Source: Planctomycetota bacterium (GTDB lineage Bacteria; Planctomycetota; JAJSAM01; JAJVHW01). Taken from it: a stretch of 64,000 nucleotides of DNA. The notes beneath the pieces were generated by a model. It ran no database searches and was not told where the DNA came from. It saw only the letters and a list, made by a program, of their open reading frames with translations. The DNA lies in assembly GCA_965248445.1 (NCBI GenBank), contig CBDFJG010000004.1, forward strand, positions 544,001 through 608,000, written 5' to 3'. This document shows, piece by piece, positions 32,430 to 42,788 of the stretch. The translations under genes were made by a program, and so were the position numbers. Every line of letters starts with the position of its first letter. Positions within the stretch are counted from its first letter, which is position 1.

Positions 32430-33208
32430 CGCACGAACCACAACGCCAGCACGCCCACCACGATGCAGTAGGGCCCGAACACGGCCAGCCGTCCCTTCGC
32501 AAGCACGCGCAGCAGGAACCACAGTGCACCGAGACCGGACACGAACGCCGCGGCGCACGCCACCGCGAGCTGCGGAGTGTGCCCGGTCGCTGCGAGATCA
32601 CCGCTCGCGACGGTCAGAACCACTGCGCCGAGAATTGCGGGGATCGAGAGCAGGAAACTGAACTGCGCGGCGTGCGTCGGCTCGTCGCCGAGGAACATGC
32701 CGGTGCCGATTGTGGCGCCGGACCTCGACAGCCCCGGCAGGATGGCGATGGCCTGCGCGACGCCGACGATCGTCGCGTACCGGAATCCCGGCTCTTGGTC
32801 CCCACGCCGCGCAGCCTTCGTCAAGAGCAGGAACACACCGGTCACGATCAGGCCGATGCCCGCCACGACGGGACTGTCGAGCGCCGCCTCGATCTGGTCC
32901 TTCAGAGTGAGCCCCACGATGACGGCGGGAATGGTCCCGACGACGACCATCCATCCGAGGCGCGCATGCGGCCCGCCCGTGAACACGTCGCGGACGATCC
33001 GGACGATGACCGTGCGGTAGTAGAGAACGACGGCGACGAGCGTGCCGAAGTGGACGGCGATCTCGAGTGCCGGCCCGGGTTGCGGCACCGAGCCGCCCCA
33101 CTTGGCGAGCACTTCCTGCGCGAGCACCAGGTGCCCCGACGAGCTGACGGGCAGAAACTCGGTGAGTCCCTGCAGCACGCCCAGGAACAGAGCCTCCACG
33201 TAGGTCAC
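32426..33208 (-). CDS. uppP: Undecaprenyl-diphosphate phosphatase
   Basis: QGLTEFLPVSSSGHL, AILPGLSRSGATI, FSFLLSIP. Confidence 0.95.
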   Translation of the reverse strand: MTYVEALFLGVLQGLTEFLPVSSSGHLVLAQEVLAKWGGSVPQPGPALEIAVHFGTLVAVVLYYRTVIVRIVRDVFTGGPHARLGWMVVVGTIPAVIVGLTLKDQIEAALDSPVVAGIGLIVTGVFLLLTKAARRGDQEPGFRYATIVGVAQAIAILPGLSRSGATIGTGMFLGDEPTHAAQFSFLLSIPAILGAVVLTVASGDLAATGHTPQLAVACAAAFVSGLGALWFLLRVLAKGRLAVFGPYCIVVGVLALWFVR

Positions 33209-33352
33209 GGGCGGATGCTACGACGCGGGGAGCCCGCGGACAGGGGAACCTCGCGCCCGCTCCCGGGGTTCTCTCCGCGACACCCCGGCGGGGGTATCGT
33301 GCCGGGCTCGCACTCGCCAGGTGGCGGGCGGGACACAATCAGGAGTCATGCC

Positions 33353-35302
33353 ATGATTCGCATCGAGCTTCCGGACGAAATCGTCCTCGAGAAGCCCGCG
33401 GGAATCACGGGTGCCGAAGCCCTCAGTGAAGTGAAGGGGGCGCGGAAGGCCGTGGCTGCGCGGGTGAACGGTGAGGTCGTCGACCTCACGCGCGCAGTCA
33501 CCACCGACGCCACGGTCGAACCGGTCCTGCCGGGCTCGCCGGACGCCCTCGAGGTGCTTCGGCACACGACCGCCCACGTGATGGCGCAGGCCGTGGCGCG
33601 GCACTTCGGCATCGAGAACGTCGAGTTCGCCATCGGTCCCGTGATCGAGAGCGGCTTCTACTACGACTTCGAATTGCCCCGCTCGCTCACCGAGGAGGAC
33701 CTCCCCGCGATCGAGAAGATCATGGAGGGGATCAAGCGCGAGAACCTCGCGATAGCCCGCACCGATGCGCGCGACCGGGACGACGCGCTGGCGACGATTC
33801 GCGCCGACCGAGCAAAGAGCCGGTTCAAGCAGGAGCTGATCGAGGGCTTCCCCGCGGACGAGTCCGTCTCGTTCTACACGCAGGGCGAGTTCACGGATCT
33901 GTGCCGCGGACCGCACCTGCCGTCCACGGGGCGGCTCGGCTTCTTCAAGCTGTTGTCGGTCGCGGGCGCTTACTGGCGCGGTGATGAGAAGCGCGAGCAG
34001 CTCCAGCGTCTATACGCCACGGCGTACTTCGACAAGAAGGAGCTGAAGGCGCACATCCGCCGCCTGGAGGAGGCCGCCAAGCGCGACCATCGCAAGGTCG
34101 GTGCGCGCCTGGACCTGTTCCGCACGCTGCCCGAGGCGCCGGGGTTCCCGTTCTGGCTGCCCAAGGGGACGATCGTCTTCAACGAGCTCATCGACTATCT
34201 ACGCAGCAAGCTGCGCAAGCGCAACTACCAGGAGGTGCGCACGCCGCACATCCTGCTGGACGAGCTGTGGAAGCGGTCCGGCCACTACGACCACTACAAG
34301 GACAACATGTACTTCACGGAGATCGAGGACCGCTCGTTCGCCGTGAAGCCGATGAACTGCCCCGGCGCTGCCCTGACCTTCAACCAGGGCTTGCGCAGCT
34401 ATCGCGAGCTGCCGCTGCGCCTCGCGGAGTTCGGCCTGTGCCACCGCTACGAGCGGAGCGGTACACTGCACGGTCTTACGCGTGTGCGGTCGTTCGTGCA
34501 GGACGACGCGCACATCTTCACGTCGCTCGACGGGCTCCAGGCGGAGATCATCGACCTGATCGAACTGGCCGGCGAGATCTACACCGAGATCGGTTTCGAG
34601 CGGCCCAAGATGGTCCTGTCCACGCGGCCGGACGAACGCACCGGCACCGATGAGATGTGGGATAGCGCCGAGGGCGCGCTCGAACGCGCACTGGTCGCGG
34701 CCGAGTCCGACTACACGGTCGTTCCCGGCGACGGCGCGTTCTACGGACCGAAGATCGACTTCCTGGTCACCGATGCGATCGGCCGCGAGCACCAGACGGC
34801 GACCATCCAGGCCGACTTCTCGCTGGCCGAAAAGTTCGGCTGCGAGTACGTCGCCGAGGACGGTGCGCGGCACGCGCCCGTGGTCGTGCACCGTGCCATC
34901 CTCGGATCGCTCGAGCGCTTCGTCGGGCTCCTCATCGAGCACTTCGATGGCGCCTTCCCTCTCTGGCTCTCGCCGGAGCACGCACGGGTGTTGCCGGTCT
35001 CGGAGGAGCGCCACATGGAGCACGCGCGCGCTGTCGAGACGGCGCTCCGTGCTGCGGACCTGCGGGCCAAGGTGGACTGGTCCAACAACAAGCTCGGCAA
35101 GATGATCCGCGAGGCCACGCTGCAGAAGGTCCCGTACCTGCTCGTCGTGGGCGACCGCGAGGTCGAGGCGGGCACAGTGGCGGTGCGGCGGCGGGACGGC
35201 ACGGACTGCGGGTCGCTCGCAGTCGCGGATCTCGTCGGGAGACTCGTCGAGGAGCGTGCGTCGCGCAGTGCGGCTCCGCTCCTCGGCGACACGACCGCGT
35301 AG
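33353..35302 (+). CDS. thrS: Threonine--tRNA ligase
   Basis: TGS domain, RHTTAH, DLCRGPH, RDHRK, KPMNCP, HGLTRVRSFVQDDAH, GAFYGPKID, HRAILGSLERF. Confidence 0.97.
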   Translation: MIRIELPDEIVLEKPAGITGAEALSEVKGARKAVAARVNGEVVDLTRAVTTDATVEPVLPGSPDALEVLRHTTAHVMAQAVARHFGIENVEFAIGPVIESGFYYDFELPRSLTEEDLPAIEKIMEGIKRENLAIARTDARDRDDALATIRADRAKSRFKQELIEGFPADESVSFYTQGEFTDLCRGPHLPSTGRLGFFKLLSVAGAYWRGDEKREQLQRLYATAYFDKKELKAHIRRLEEAAKRDHRKVGARLDLFRTLPEAPGFPFWLPKGTIVFNELIDYLRSKLRKRNYQEVRTPHILLDELWKRSGHYDHYKDNMYFTEIEDRSFAVKPMNCPGAALTFNQGLRSYRELPLRLAEFGLCHRYERSGTLHGLTRVRSFVQDDAHIFTSLDGLQAEIIDLIELAGEIYTEIGFERPKMVLSTRPDERTGTDEMWDSAEGALERALVAAESDYTVVPGDGAFYGPKIDFLVTDAIGREHQTATIQADFSLAEKFGCEYVAEDGARHAPVVVHRAILGSLERFVGLLIEHFDGAFPLWLSPEHARVLPVSEERHMEHARAVETALRAADLRAKVDWSNNKLGKMIREATLQKVPYLLVVGDREVEAGTVAVRRRDGTDCGSLAVADLVGRLVEERASRSAAPLLGDTTA

Positions 35303-35329
35303 TCGGCAGAGACCCAAGGAGCAGCCTGG

Positions 35330-36268
35330 ATGCGAATTCTGATCACTGGTGCGGGCGGCCAGGTCGGCCTCGAGCTGATCAAGGCACTCGTCGAGAGCGG
35401 CAACGACGTCATCGCAACCGACGTTCGCAGGCCGCCCGAGAACGCCGCCGACGGCGCCCGCTGGGATCAGCTCGACATCACCCGCAAGGACGACGTCCTC
35501 GACATGATCGAGGACAACGAGCCCGACGTCGTCTACCACCTCGCCGCGATCCTCTCCGCGACCGGTGAGAGGATCCCGCAGAAGACGTACAACGTCAATC
35601 AGAACGGCACGTATCACGTGCTCGAGGCGTGCCGGATCCACAACGTTCCGCGCGTCATGTACGCGAGCACGATCGCCGCGTTCGGTCCGGGTCTTCCCGA
35701 TCCCGTCCCGAACGAGATCTCCATGCGACCGACCACGATGTACGGAATCACGAAGGTCGCCGGCGAACTGCTCGGCGAGTACTACACCCAGCGCGGCTGG
35801 ACCGATTTCCGTGCCGTGCGGTTTCCTGGACTGATCAACGCGGGCGATCCCGGCGGCGGCACGAGCGACTACGCGTTGCACATGTACGTCACCGGCATCG
35901 CCGAGGGCGCGTACGAGTCGTTCTGCACGGCAGAGACGCGCATCCCCCTCATGTACATGCCGGACGCCATCCGCGCGCTGATCGAACTGCCGCTGGCCAA
36001 GCGCTCTGATCTGGGCGCGCGCTGCGTCTACAACATCGCCGCGATGAGCCCCACCGCGGGTCAGATCGCGGCGAGCGTCGCGAGGGCGGTGCCGGGAGTC
36101 GAACTGACGTTCCGGAGCGACCCCGCTCGCCAGGCGATCCTCGACAGCTGGCCGAGGGCCCTCGACGACTCCGCCGCCCGCGCGGACTGGGGCTGGAAGC
36201 ACGAGTTCGACCTCGAGACGATGTCCGCCGACCTCGTCCCGAAGATTCGCGCGATGCTGAGCCGGTAA
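35330..36268 (+). CDS. SDR-type L-threonine 3-dehydrogenase-like NAD-dependent enzyme
   Basis: TGAGGQVG, HLAAILSATGE, PTTMYGITK, RFPGLI..PGGGTSDYA, RQAILDSWP. Confidence 0.8.
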   Translation: MRILITGAGGQVGLELIKALVESGNDVIATDVRRPPENAADGARWDQLDITRKDDVLDMIEDNEPDVVYHLAAILSATGERIPQKTYNVNQNGTYHVLEACRIHNVPRVMYASTIAAFGPGLPDPVPNEISMRPTTMYGITKVAGELLGEYYTQRGWTDFRAVRFPGLINAGDPGGGTSDYALHMYVTGIAEGAYESFCTAETRIPLMYMPDAIRALIELPLAKRSDLGARCVYNIAAMSPTAGQIAASVARAVPGVELTFRSDPARQAILDSWPRALDDSAARADWGWKHEFDLETMSADLVPKIRAMLSR

Positions 36269-36370
36269 GCGCCGGGGCTCGCTGCAGGCTCGATCCGGCC
36301 GCCGCGGCGGTCCGGTCTCAACCCCACCTCCCGGGATTACCGATGCGGACGAAGAGTCGCCCCTCTCGGG

Positions 36371-37990
36371 GTGGCCGAAGGTTCGTTCTTCCCGGGAGAG
36401 ACCCGCATGCGCAAGTGCCTGCACTGCGGCGGCAAGCTCAGCACCCGGGAATCCCTCTGCCCGGAGTGCGACCTCGTGCCCGGAATCGAGCACGAGCTCG
36501 TCGATCTCGAGACGACCGACGACTACGAGGCGGAGGATCTCGTCGGTCACGTTGACGAGGTCACCGAGGCGATCTCCGAGCGTTGGAACGAGTTCCTCGT
36601 CGGCGACGCCCGTGGCGAGAGCTCGTCGCAGGAGTGCGCGGTCGACGACCTGCCCGTCCTCATGCCGATCGCCAGGAGCAACGCGCGCGGCGAGGGACTG
36701 TCAGTGAAGCTGACGCCCCACTTCGACGTGCACTCCGCTCCGGCAGACTCGTTGCCGGTGGTCCACCTCCTGTTCGACGTCGAGCCCAGCGGACCCGCGC
36801 TGGTCGCACCGGCGGACGGCGCCGTGGCCCACGTGATCCTCGCGCTCGATCTCTCCGGCAGCATGAACCACGCGGACAAGTACCCGGTCCTGCGGCGCGC
36901 TCTCGAGCGCATGCTCGACGATCTGCAGGCATCCCTGGACGGCGACGTGCTCCTCAGCATCGTCGTGTTCGCATACGGCTCGGAGACGCTGCTGCGCGAC
37001 CGCCCCGCCTCGACACTCGACGTGCGAGAGGTGCTGAAGCTGATCGACGAGTCAAGCCTCCTGTTCTCGCGCTACACCGACCTGTCCGGCGCACTCAGCC
37101 GCGCCGGGCGGATCGCCTTCGACTCCCACAAGGCGAACCCCCGTCTCCCGATCCGCATCTACGCGCTCACCGACGGCCGCCCCCAGGACATGCAACGCGC
37201 AAAGGAGGCCATCCAGCGCATCGAGCGTCTGCCGGTTGACGTGCACGGCCTCGCATTCGGCGCCGACGCCGACGTGCAAGCGCTGCAGGAGGTCATCGGC
37301 GGAGTCGGAGGCGGGACCGTCCAGTCGGTGCGCTCCGAGATGCTCGCCGACGCGTTCGGCCACATCGCTGCGCTGGCGCGCCGCGTTGTGGCCAAGCGTG
37401 CACTCCTCGATGTCCAACTGGCACCCGGAGTCGTGGGCGGGCGCGCTTACCGCTACCGTCCGGGCCGCTTCGCGTTTGGCCGGACGGCGTTCGAGAACGG
37501 GCGCCTGTTCGCGCGCGATCTCGGCACGCTGGAAGCCGGACGCAAGTACTCGCTGTTCTTCGAGTTGCGCCTCCCCTCCACGGCGGAGGACGCGACCGAG
37601 CTCGGGCGCATCACGCTACGCGTACCCGGAGAGGGCGGTGCGCGCACCTTCGAGAGCCTGCTCTCGATCCCCCGCCACAAGGGCGTCTACACGCCGACTC
37701 CCCATCCGACCGTCATGGAGGCCCGCGCCGTCCTCGACGCGATGGACTCCGACGACTCACAGACGCTGCTGCGTTCGCTCACCGCGCGCCGCCGCATCTA
37801 TGTCGAAGAACGCCGCGATCCGTATCTGGTCGCGCTGCTCGATCGCGCAATTCACGAACTGGAGGCCACGGGCTCACTCGACGCACTGTCGAAGTCCGAG
37901 CGTGCGGCCCTTCTGTCCCACACCCAGTCGGTCGCCACGGAAGAGACCGACAAGTCCCCACAGGTCGCGGACACGGCGTCCGCAAGGTAG
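36371..37990 (+). CDS. VWA-domain protein with an N-terminal Zn ribbon (start 36371 or 36407)
   Basis: CLHCGG...CPEC; MIDAS DLSGSM...TDG. Confidence 0.8.
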   Translation: MAEGSFFPGETRMRKCLHCGGKLSTRESLCPECDLVPGIEHELVDLETTDDYEAEDLVGHVDEVTEAISERWNEFLVGDARGESSSQECAVDDLPVLMPIARSNARGEGLSVKLTPHFDVHSAPADSLPVVHLLFDVEPSGPALVAPADGAVAHVILALDLSGSMNHADKYPVLRRALERMLDDLQASLDGDVLLSIVVFAYGSETLLRDRPASTLDVREVLKLIDESSLLFSRYTDLSGALSRAGRIAFDSHKANPRLPIRIYALTDGRPQDMQRAKEAIQRIERLPVDVHGLAFGADADVQALQEVIGGVGGGTVQSVRSEMLADAFGHIAALARRVVAKRALLDVQLAPGVVGGRAYRYRPGRFAFGRTAFENGRLFARDLGTLEAGRKYSLFFELRLPSTAEDATELGRITLRVPGEGGARTFESLLSIPRHKGVYTPTPHPTVMEARAVLDAMDSDDSQTLLRSLTARRRIYVEERRDPYLVALLDRAIHELEATGSLDALSKSERAALLSHTQSVATEETDKSPQVADTASAR

Positions 37991-37996
37991 AGCACC

Positions 37997-39037
37997 ATGA
38001 GCACCACAACTCGCAAGTCAGACAACGACCTGTCGGCGCGTGAACGCCGCGTCGATCGCCGGCTCGAGGCGCGCAACGAAGAGGGCCTCGTCGAAGCCCT
38101 CGCCCAGCTGCGTGGCACCGTCGTCGGCGGCCGCTACGAGCTCGGACGCGTGTATGCAATCGGCGGCCAGGGCATCGTCTTCGACGCGTCCGATCTGCGC
38201 GACCCCGCGCGGACGATCGTCGCGAAGATGGCGCTCCTCCCGCTGCATCGGTCGTTCGACCTGTCGCCGGACGAGGTGCGCAGGTTGCGATACGCGCTGC
38301 GCGTCGAGGGACAGTACCTGATGTCGAGCGACAGCCCGTTCATGGCCGAGGGCATGGGCGTCCACGAGTTCCAGAACACGCTGCTCGACGCGGCACGCGG
38401 CGATGCGTTCTCGGAGCCGGAGCCGGCACTCGTCATGGAGAAGCTGCCGGGGCAAGACCTCGACAAGTGGATGGCCCGCGTTCACGCGCGCAACGTCCCC
38501 TCCGAGATCCTCCGCAAGACGGTCGACCGCATCACGGTGAACCTCGCTCAGGCGCTCACCGACCTGCGCCGTCGGGGCATGCTGTTCGCCGACCTGCGAC
38601 CGGGGAACCTCCGGATCATGGGACGCCCCCGCCGCCGCATCCGCCTCATGGACGCCGGGAGCCTCGTCTCGGCGCACGACCAGAGCGGGCGCTTCCCGCA
38701 CGTCCCCGCCTACCTCCCGCCGGCCGTCTTCGCGGCCCGCGAGAGCGGCGCGCGCATCGTGCCCTCGGACCGCATCGAGGCGGTCATGGCCGGCCGCACG
38801 CTGTTCGAGGTCGCCACCGGCCGCGTCCCCCTCCCCGGTCAGGACTGCGACCTGGACCTGCTCTACAAGGCGCCGGCGTCACCGCCGGTGGCCGAGGCCA
38901 TCGCCTCGCTCTGCAAGGGTCTCCACTCGGACACGAGCTCGGCCCTGCGCTTCCTCCAGCGCAACGCAAACAAGCGCGTCAGACGCGAGAAGCCGAAGCG
39001 GACGCATCAGCGGTTCGGCAGAGAACCCCTCGCCTAG
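37997..39037 (+). CDS. Divergent Ser/Thr-kinase-like protein
   Basis: GRYELGRVYAIGGQGIVF, VAK, LVMEKLPG, FADLRPGNL, MDAGS. Confidence 0.75.
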   Translation: MSTTTRKSDNDLSARERRVDRRLEARNEEGLVEALAQLRGTVVGGRYELGRVYAIGGQGIVFDASDLRDPARTIVAKMALLPLHRSFDLSPDEVRRLRYALRVEGQYLMSSDSPFMAEGMGVHEFQNTLLDAARGDAFSEPEPALVMEKLPGQDLDKWMARVHARNVPSEILRKTVDRITVNLAQALTDLRRRGMLFADLRPGNLRIMGRPRRRIRLMDAGSLVSAHDQSGRFPHVPAYLPPAVFAARESGARIVPSDRIEAVMAGRTLFEVATGRVPLPGQDCDLDLLYKAPASPPVAEAIASLCKGLHSDTSSALRFLQRNANKRVRREKPKRTHQRFGREPLA

Positions 39038-39233
39038 GCGAGGGGCGCGGTCTGCCGAACCGGATGTCGCGGCGTGCAGATTGCGTGGCAATCCACACTC
39101 CGCGACCCGCGCGCCTTTGGCGCGATCTTGTCTCCCTCCTACGCGTCCTCCGGACGCTACGGACGACCTCGTTCACGCCGCGTGCTACGCACGCACCGCG
39201 CCCTCGCGGTTCGCACTCGCCGAGCGTCCTGCT

Positions 39234-39258
39234 GTAGGGGCGGGGCGCTGCCCCGCCC
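39234..39258 (+). repeat. GTAG-type REP palindrome (third copy)
   Basis: GTAGGGGCGGGGCGCTGCCCCGCCC, similar to the copies at 9917 and 10077. Confidence 0.65.
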
Positions 39259-39329
39259 GCGACCGGATGACGGCACTCGCTCGTCTCGGCCGGGGTCGTT
39301 AGGTTGCCGGGTTCTCCCCGGAGCCCCGC

Positions 39330-42300
39330 ATGCGCAAGTTCGTTCCTCTGGCCGCCGTCGCCCTCTTCGTCGCCACCACGTTCGCGAGCGCCGGGGAAGT
39401 CGACCTGCCTCGCTTCCCGTCGGTCAGCCCGGACGGATCGCGGGTGGCGTTCTCCTGGCGGGGCGACATCTGGAGCGTGCCCACCAACGGTGGCGGGGCG
39501 ACGCGGCTGACCGCGAACCCGGGGAACGATCTGCGCACGTCGTGGAGCCCCGACGGCCGCTTCCTGGCGTTCGACTCCGACCGCAGCGGCTACCTGAACC
39601 TGCATGTGATGAACGCCGCCGGAGGCGACGTTGGGCAGGTGACGTTCGAGGATGCGAGTTGCCTGCTCTCCGGGTTCGCGCCGGACGGTGGCTCGCTCCT
39701 GTTCGAGGCCCGTCGCGAGGGCGACGTGTTCCGCGAGATGCGCCCGTACAGCGTGCCCGTCGCAGGCGGTGCGATCAGCCGCGTGCACGACGCGTTCGGA
39801 AGGACACCCCGGCGCTCGCCGAACGGCGCGCAAACGGTCTTCACGCGCGGTGGCTCGAGCTGGACCCGCCGGGGGTATCGCGGGCCGGACGCGCGGGACG
39901 TGTGGATCCGCAACGAGGCCGACGGGTCGTTCCGCCGTCTCACCACCTGGCCAGGCAACGACGGCATGGCCAGATGGAGCGGGAACAGCCGGCTCGTCTA
40001 CCTGTCCGATCGCCACCACGGCGCAGTGAACGTCTGGGCCCTCGACGTCGCGTCCGGCGACGGGTCGGCACGCGCTCTCACGACCGGCCGGAACGAAGAC
40101 GTCACGTGGCTCGACGTCTCGGCCGACGGGAGCACGGCGGTGTTCTCGTCTTGGGACAGGCTGTACGCGCTCGATCTGCGCACTCCCGGCGCGAAGCCGG
40201 CGAGGATCGCAATCCATGCCGCGGAGGAGAGCCGAGACGCCACGTTCACGCGGGACGTCGGTTCGGACGCGCAGGAGGCCGAGCTCAATCCCGACGGCAA
40301 GACGCTCGCGTGCATCGCCTATGGCGAGCTCTTCGTGCGCGGCATCGAGAAGGAGTCGCCGACCGTCCGCGTGACGCGCGATCACGCACGCGACAAGCAC
40401 GTCGTCTGGTCGCCCGACGGCATGACGCTCTACTTCGTGTCCGACAAGACCGGCGCGGACGGGATCTACACCGCCACGGTGAAGGAGACCCGCACGGACA
40501 TCCGCAAGGCGCTGGAGCCGAAGAAGCCGGAGGAGGACGCCGAGCCTGAGCCGCCCGAGGCCGCGGACGATGACGCGGAGTCCGACGACGAGAACGCAGA
40601 GGACGGCGCCGCCGACGCCGAGCCGGAGAGCAGCGGCGACGAAGACGGTGAGAACGAAGACCCGGAAGAGGAAGAGCCGGAAGAGGAAGACAACGACGAG
40701 AAGAAGACGAAGAAGGAGAAGCCCCCCGGCACCGAGCGCTGGCACGATGCGGTGTCGTTCGAGATACAGCCGCTCCTGGTCGACGATCACGCCGACCGCG
40801 GGCCGTCCCCCTCACCCGACGGCAAGTCGCTGCTGTTCCGGCGCGGACTGGGAAACCTCTGCGTGCTCGACCTCGCCACGAAGACCGTGCGCGTCCTCTC
40901 ACCCGGCTGGGACCGCAGCCTCCGCTATCGCTGGAGCCCGGACAGCCGGCACGTCGCCTTGAGCCGGAACGATCGCGACTTCAACGAGGACATCTGGATC
41001 GTTCGAGCGGACGGCACCACGCCTCCTGTGAACATCTCCAGGCACCCCGACGACGACCGGGCTCCTCGGTGGTCGGCCGACGGCAAGATCCTCGCGTTCT
41101 CGTCATCGCGCTACGACGAGCAGTCCGACGTGTACGTCGTGTTCCTCGACAAGACGCTCGAGGCGATGACGAAGCTCGAGCGCAAGAGGTACTTCGAGGA
41201 CGCCGGCAAGGCGACGAAGGCTCGCAAACCGCTCCCCCCGCCCGACGATGCAGCGGACGACGAAAAGCCCGACGAGAAGAACAACGAGAAGGACGCTGAC
41301 GACGAAGAGGAGGTAGAGCCGTTCGAGCTCGATCTCGACGACGCCTACCGCCGCGTGCGACGTGTCACGACGTCGCAGGACAACGAGTTCGTCGCACTCT
41401 TCACCGCCAGTGGCGAGACGCTGGTCTACAGCGATGGCAAGACGCTGCGATCCGTCAAGTGGGACGGCACCGACTCGCAGCAGCTGCGCGGCTCCCGTAC
41501 ATCGGTCACCGGTCTCTCGCTGAAGGGAGACAAGATCGTCTACATCGCCGGCAGCAAGCCCGGCCTGATGAACGCGGGCGGGGGCGGTGACGAGAGCCTG
41601 CCCGTCGCAGCGCGCGTCGAGTTCGAGCACGCCGCGTTCGCGGAACAGCGTTTCCGTGAGGCGGCCGGCGTCGTGGGCGAGGTCTTCTACCACCCCACGA
41701 TGAAGGGCCGCGACTGGCCGGCACTCACCGAGCGATACCTCCAGCTCGCGCGTCGCGCCCGCACCAGCAACGAGTTCGACGAGATCGCGGGCCGGCTGCT
41801 CGGCGAGCTGAACGCCTCGCACCTGGGCATCCGGTCACCGGCCACCCCGAACACCGCGCGCGTCCCGAACGGCCGCCTCGGCGTGGATGCCGAATCGGCG
41901 CCGGACGGCTGGCTCATCACACGGGTCCTGGAGGACGGCCCCGCGGATCAAGACACCATGCGCCTTCTTGTCGGCGATGTCGTGACGTCCATCGACCAGA
42001 CCGGCGTGCGCCCCGGTCTCGAGTTCGCCGCTCACCTGCGGGGCATGACCGGCCGCGAGGTGGTCGTCGAGGTGCTTCGAGCCGGTGAAGACGGTCAGCG
42101 AGCAACGATCCGGCTGCTGCTCACGCCCGTGTCGGGGCGTGCGGAGAACGAACTGCGGTACCAGAATTGGACGCGCGAGAACCTCGCGCGGGTCGAAGAG
42201 CTGTCGGACGGTCGGGTCGGATACGCGCACATCCGGTCGATGAACCGCTCGTCCCTCCGCGACTTCGAGCGCGATCTCTACGCCGCTATGTCGGGGAAGG

Positions 42301-42788
42301 CGGGTCTCATCGTGGACGTGCGCAACAACGGCGGCGGCTCCACCGCGGATCTCGTGCTGGCGTCGCTGATGGTGCGCAAGCACGCGTACACCGTTCCCCG
42401 GGGTGCGGACCCGAGCGACACGACCGGCTATCCCGAGGACCGCCTGTACATCCAGGGGTTCACGGGTCCCGTCAACATGCTCTGCAACCAGAAGAGCTTC
42501 TCGAACGCGGAGATCGTGTCGCACGCATTCAAGACTCTGGGACGCGGCACGCTCGTCGGTGAGCAGACGTACGGAGGCGTGATCAGCACAGGCGGCTATT
42601 CGCTGGTCGACGGCACGTTCGTCCGCACGCCGTTCCGCGGGTGGTACCTGCCGGACGGCACGGACATGGAGAACAACGGCGCGATCCCGCACCTGCGTGT
42701 GCCGCAGACTCCGGAGCAGGAGAGCGCGGATCAGGACGCGCAACTCGACGCGGCGGTGCGCGACCTGATCCCGCGACTCGACCGATGA
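39330..42788 (+). CDS. Tricorn-like S41 protease (PD40 propellers, PDZ)
   Basis: Signal peptide, WSPDG repeats, GELNASH, DVRNNGGG, SFSNAE, GEQTYGGVI, MENNGAIP. Confidence 0.92.
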   Translation: MRKFVPLAAVALFVATTFASAGEVDLPRFPSVSPDGSRVAFSWRGDIWSVPTNGGGATRLTANPGNDLRTSWSPDGRFLAFDSDRSGYLNLHVMNAAGGDVGQVTFEDASCLLSGFAPDGGSLLFEARREGDVFREMRPYSVPVAGGAISRVHDAFGRTPRRSPNGAQTVFTRGGSSWTRRGYRGPDARDVWIRNEADGSFRRLTTWPGNDGMARWSGNSRLVYLSDRHHGAVNVWALDVASGDGSARALTTGRNEDVTWLDVSADGSTAVFSSWDRLYALDLRTPGAKPARIAIHAAEESRDATFTRDVGSDAQEAELNPDGKTLACIAYGELFVRGIEKESPTVRVTRDHARDKHVVWSPDGMTLYFVSDKTGADGIYTATVKETRTDIRKALEPKKPEEDAEPEPPEAADDDAESDDENAEDGAADAEPESSGDEDGENEDPEEEEPEEEDNDEKKTKKEKPPGTERWHDAVSFEIQPLLVDDHADRGPSPSPDGKSLLFRRGLGNLCVLDLATKTVRVLSPGWDRSLRYRWSPDSRHVALSRNDRDFNEDIWIVRADGTTPPVNISRHPDDDRAPRWSADGKILAFSSSRYDEQSDVYVVFLDKTLEAMTKLERKRYFEDAGKATKARKPLPPPDDAADDEKPDEKNNEKDADDEEEVEPFELDLDDAYRRVRRVTTSQDNEFVALFTASGETLVYSDGKTLRSVKWDGTDSQQLRGSRTSVTGLSLKGDKIVYIAGSKPGLMNAGGGGDESLPVAARVEFEHAAFAEQRFREAAGVVGEVFYHPTMKGRDWPALTERYLQLARRARTSNEFDEIAGRLLGELNASHLGIRSPATPNTARVPNGRLGVDAESAPDGWLITRVLEDGPADQDTMRLLVGDVVTSIDQTGVRPGLEFAAHLRGMTGREVVVEVLRAGEDGQRATIRLLLTPVSGRAENELRYQNWTRENLARVEELSDGRVGYAHIRSMNRSSLRDFERDLYAAMSGKAGLIVDVRNNGGGSTADLVLASLMVRKHAYTVPRGADPSDTTGYPEDRLYIQGFTGPVNMLCNQKSFSNAEIVSHAFKTLGRGTLVGEQTYGGVISTGGYSLVDGTFVRTPFRGWYLPDGTDMENNGAIPHLRVPQTPEQESADQDAQLDAAVRDLIPRLDR

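Noticed and set aside
33210..33352. T-box leader before thrS
   Set aside because: The region is short and shows no T-box consensus or terminator.
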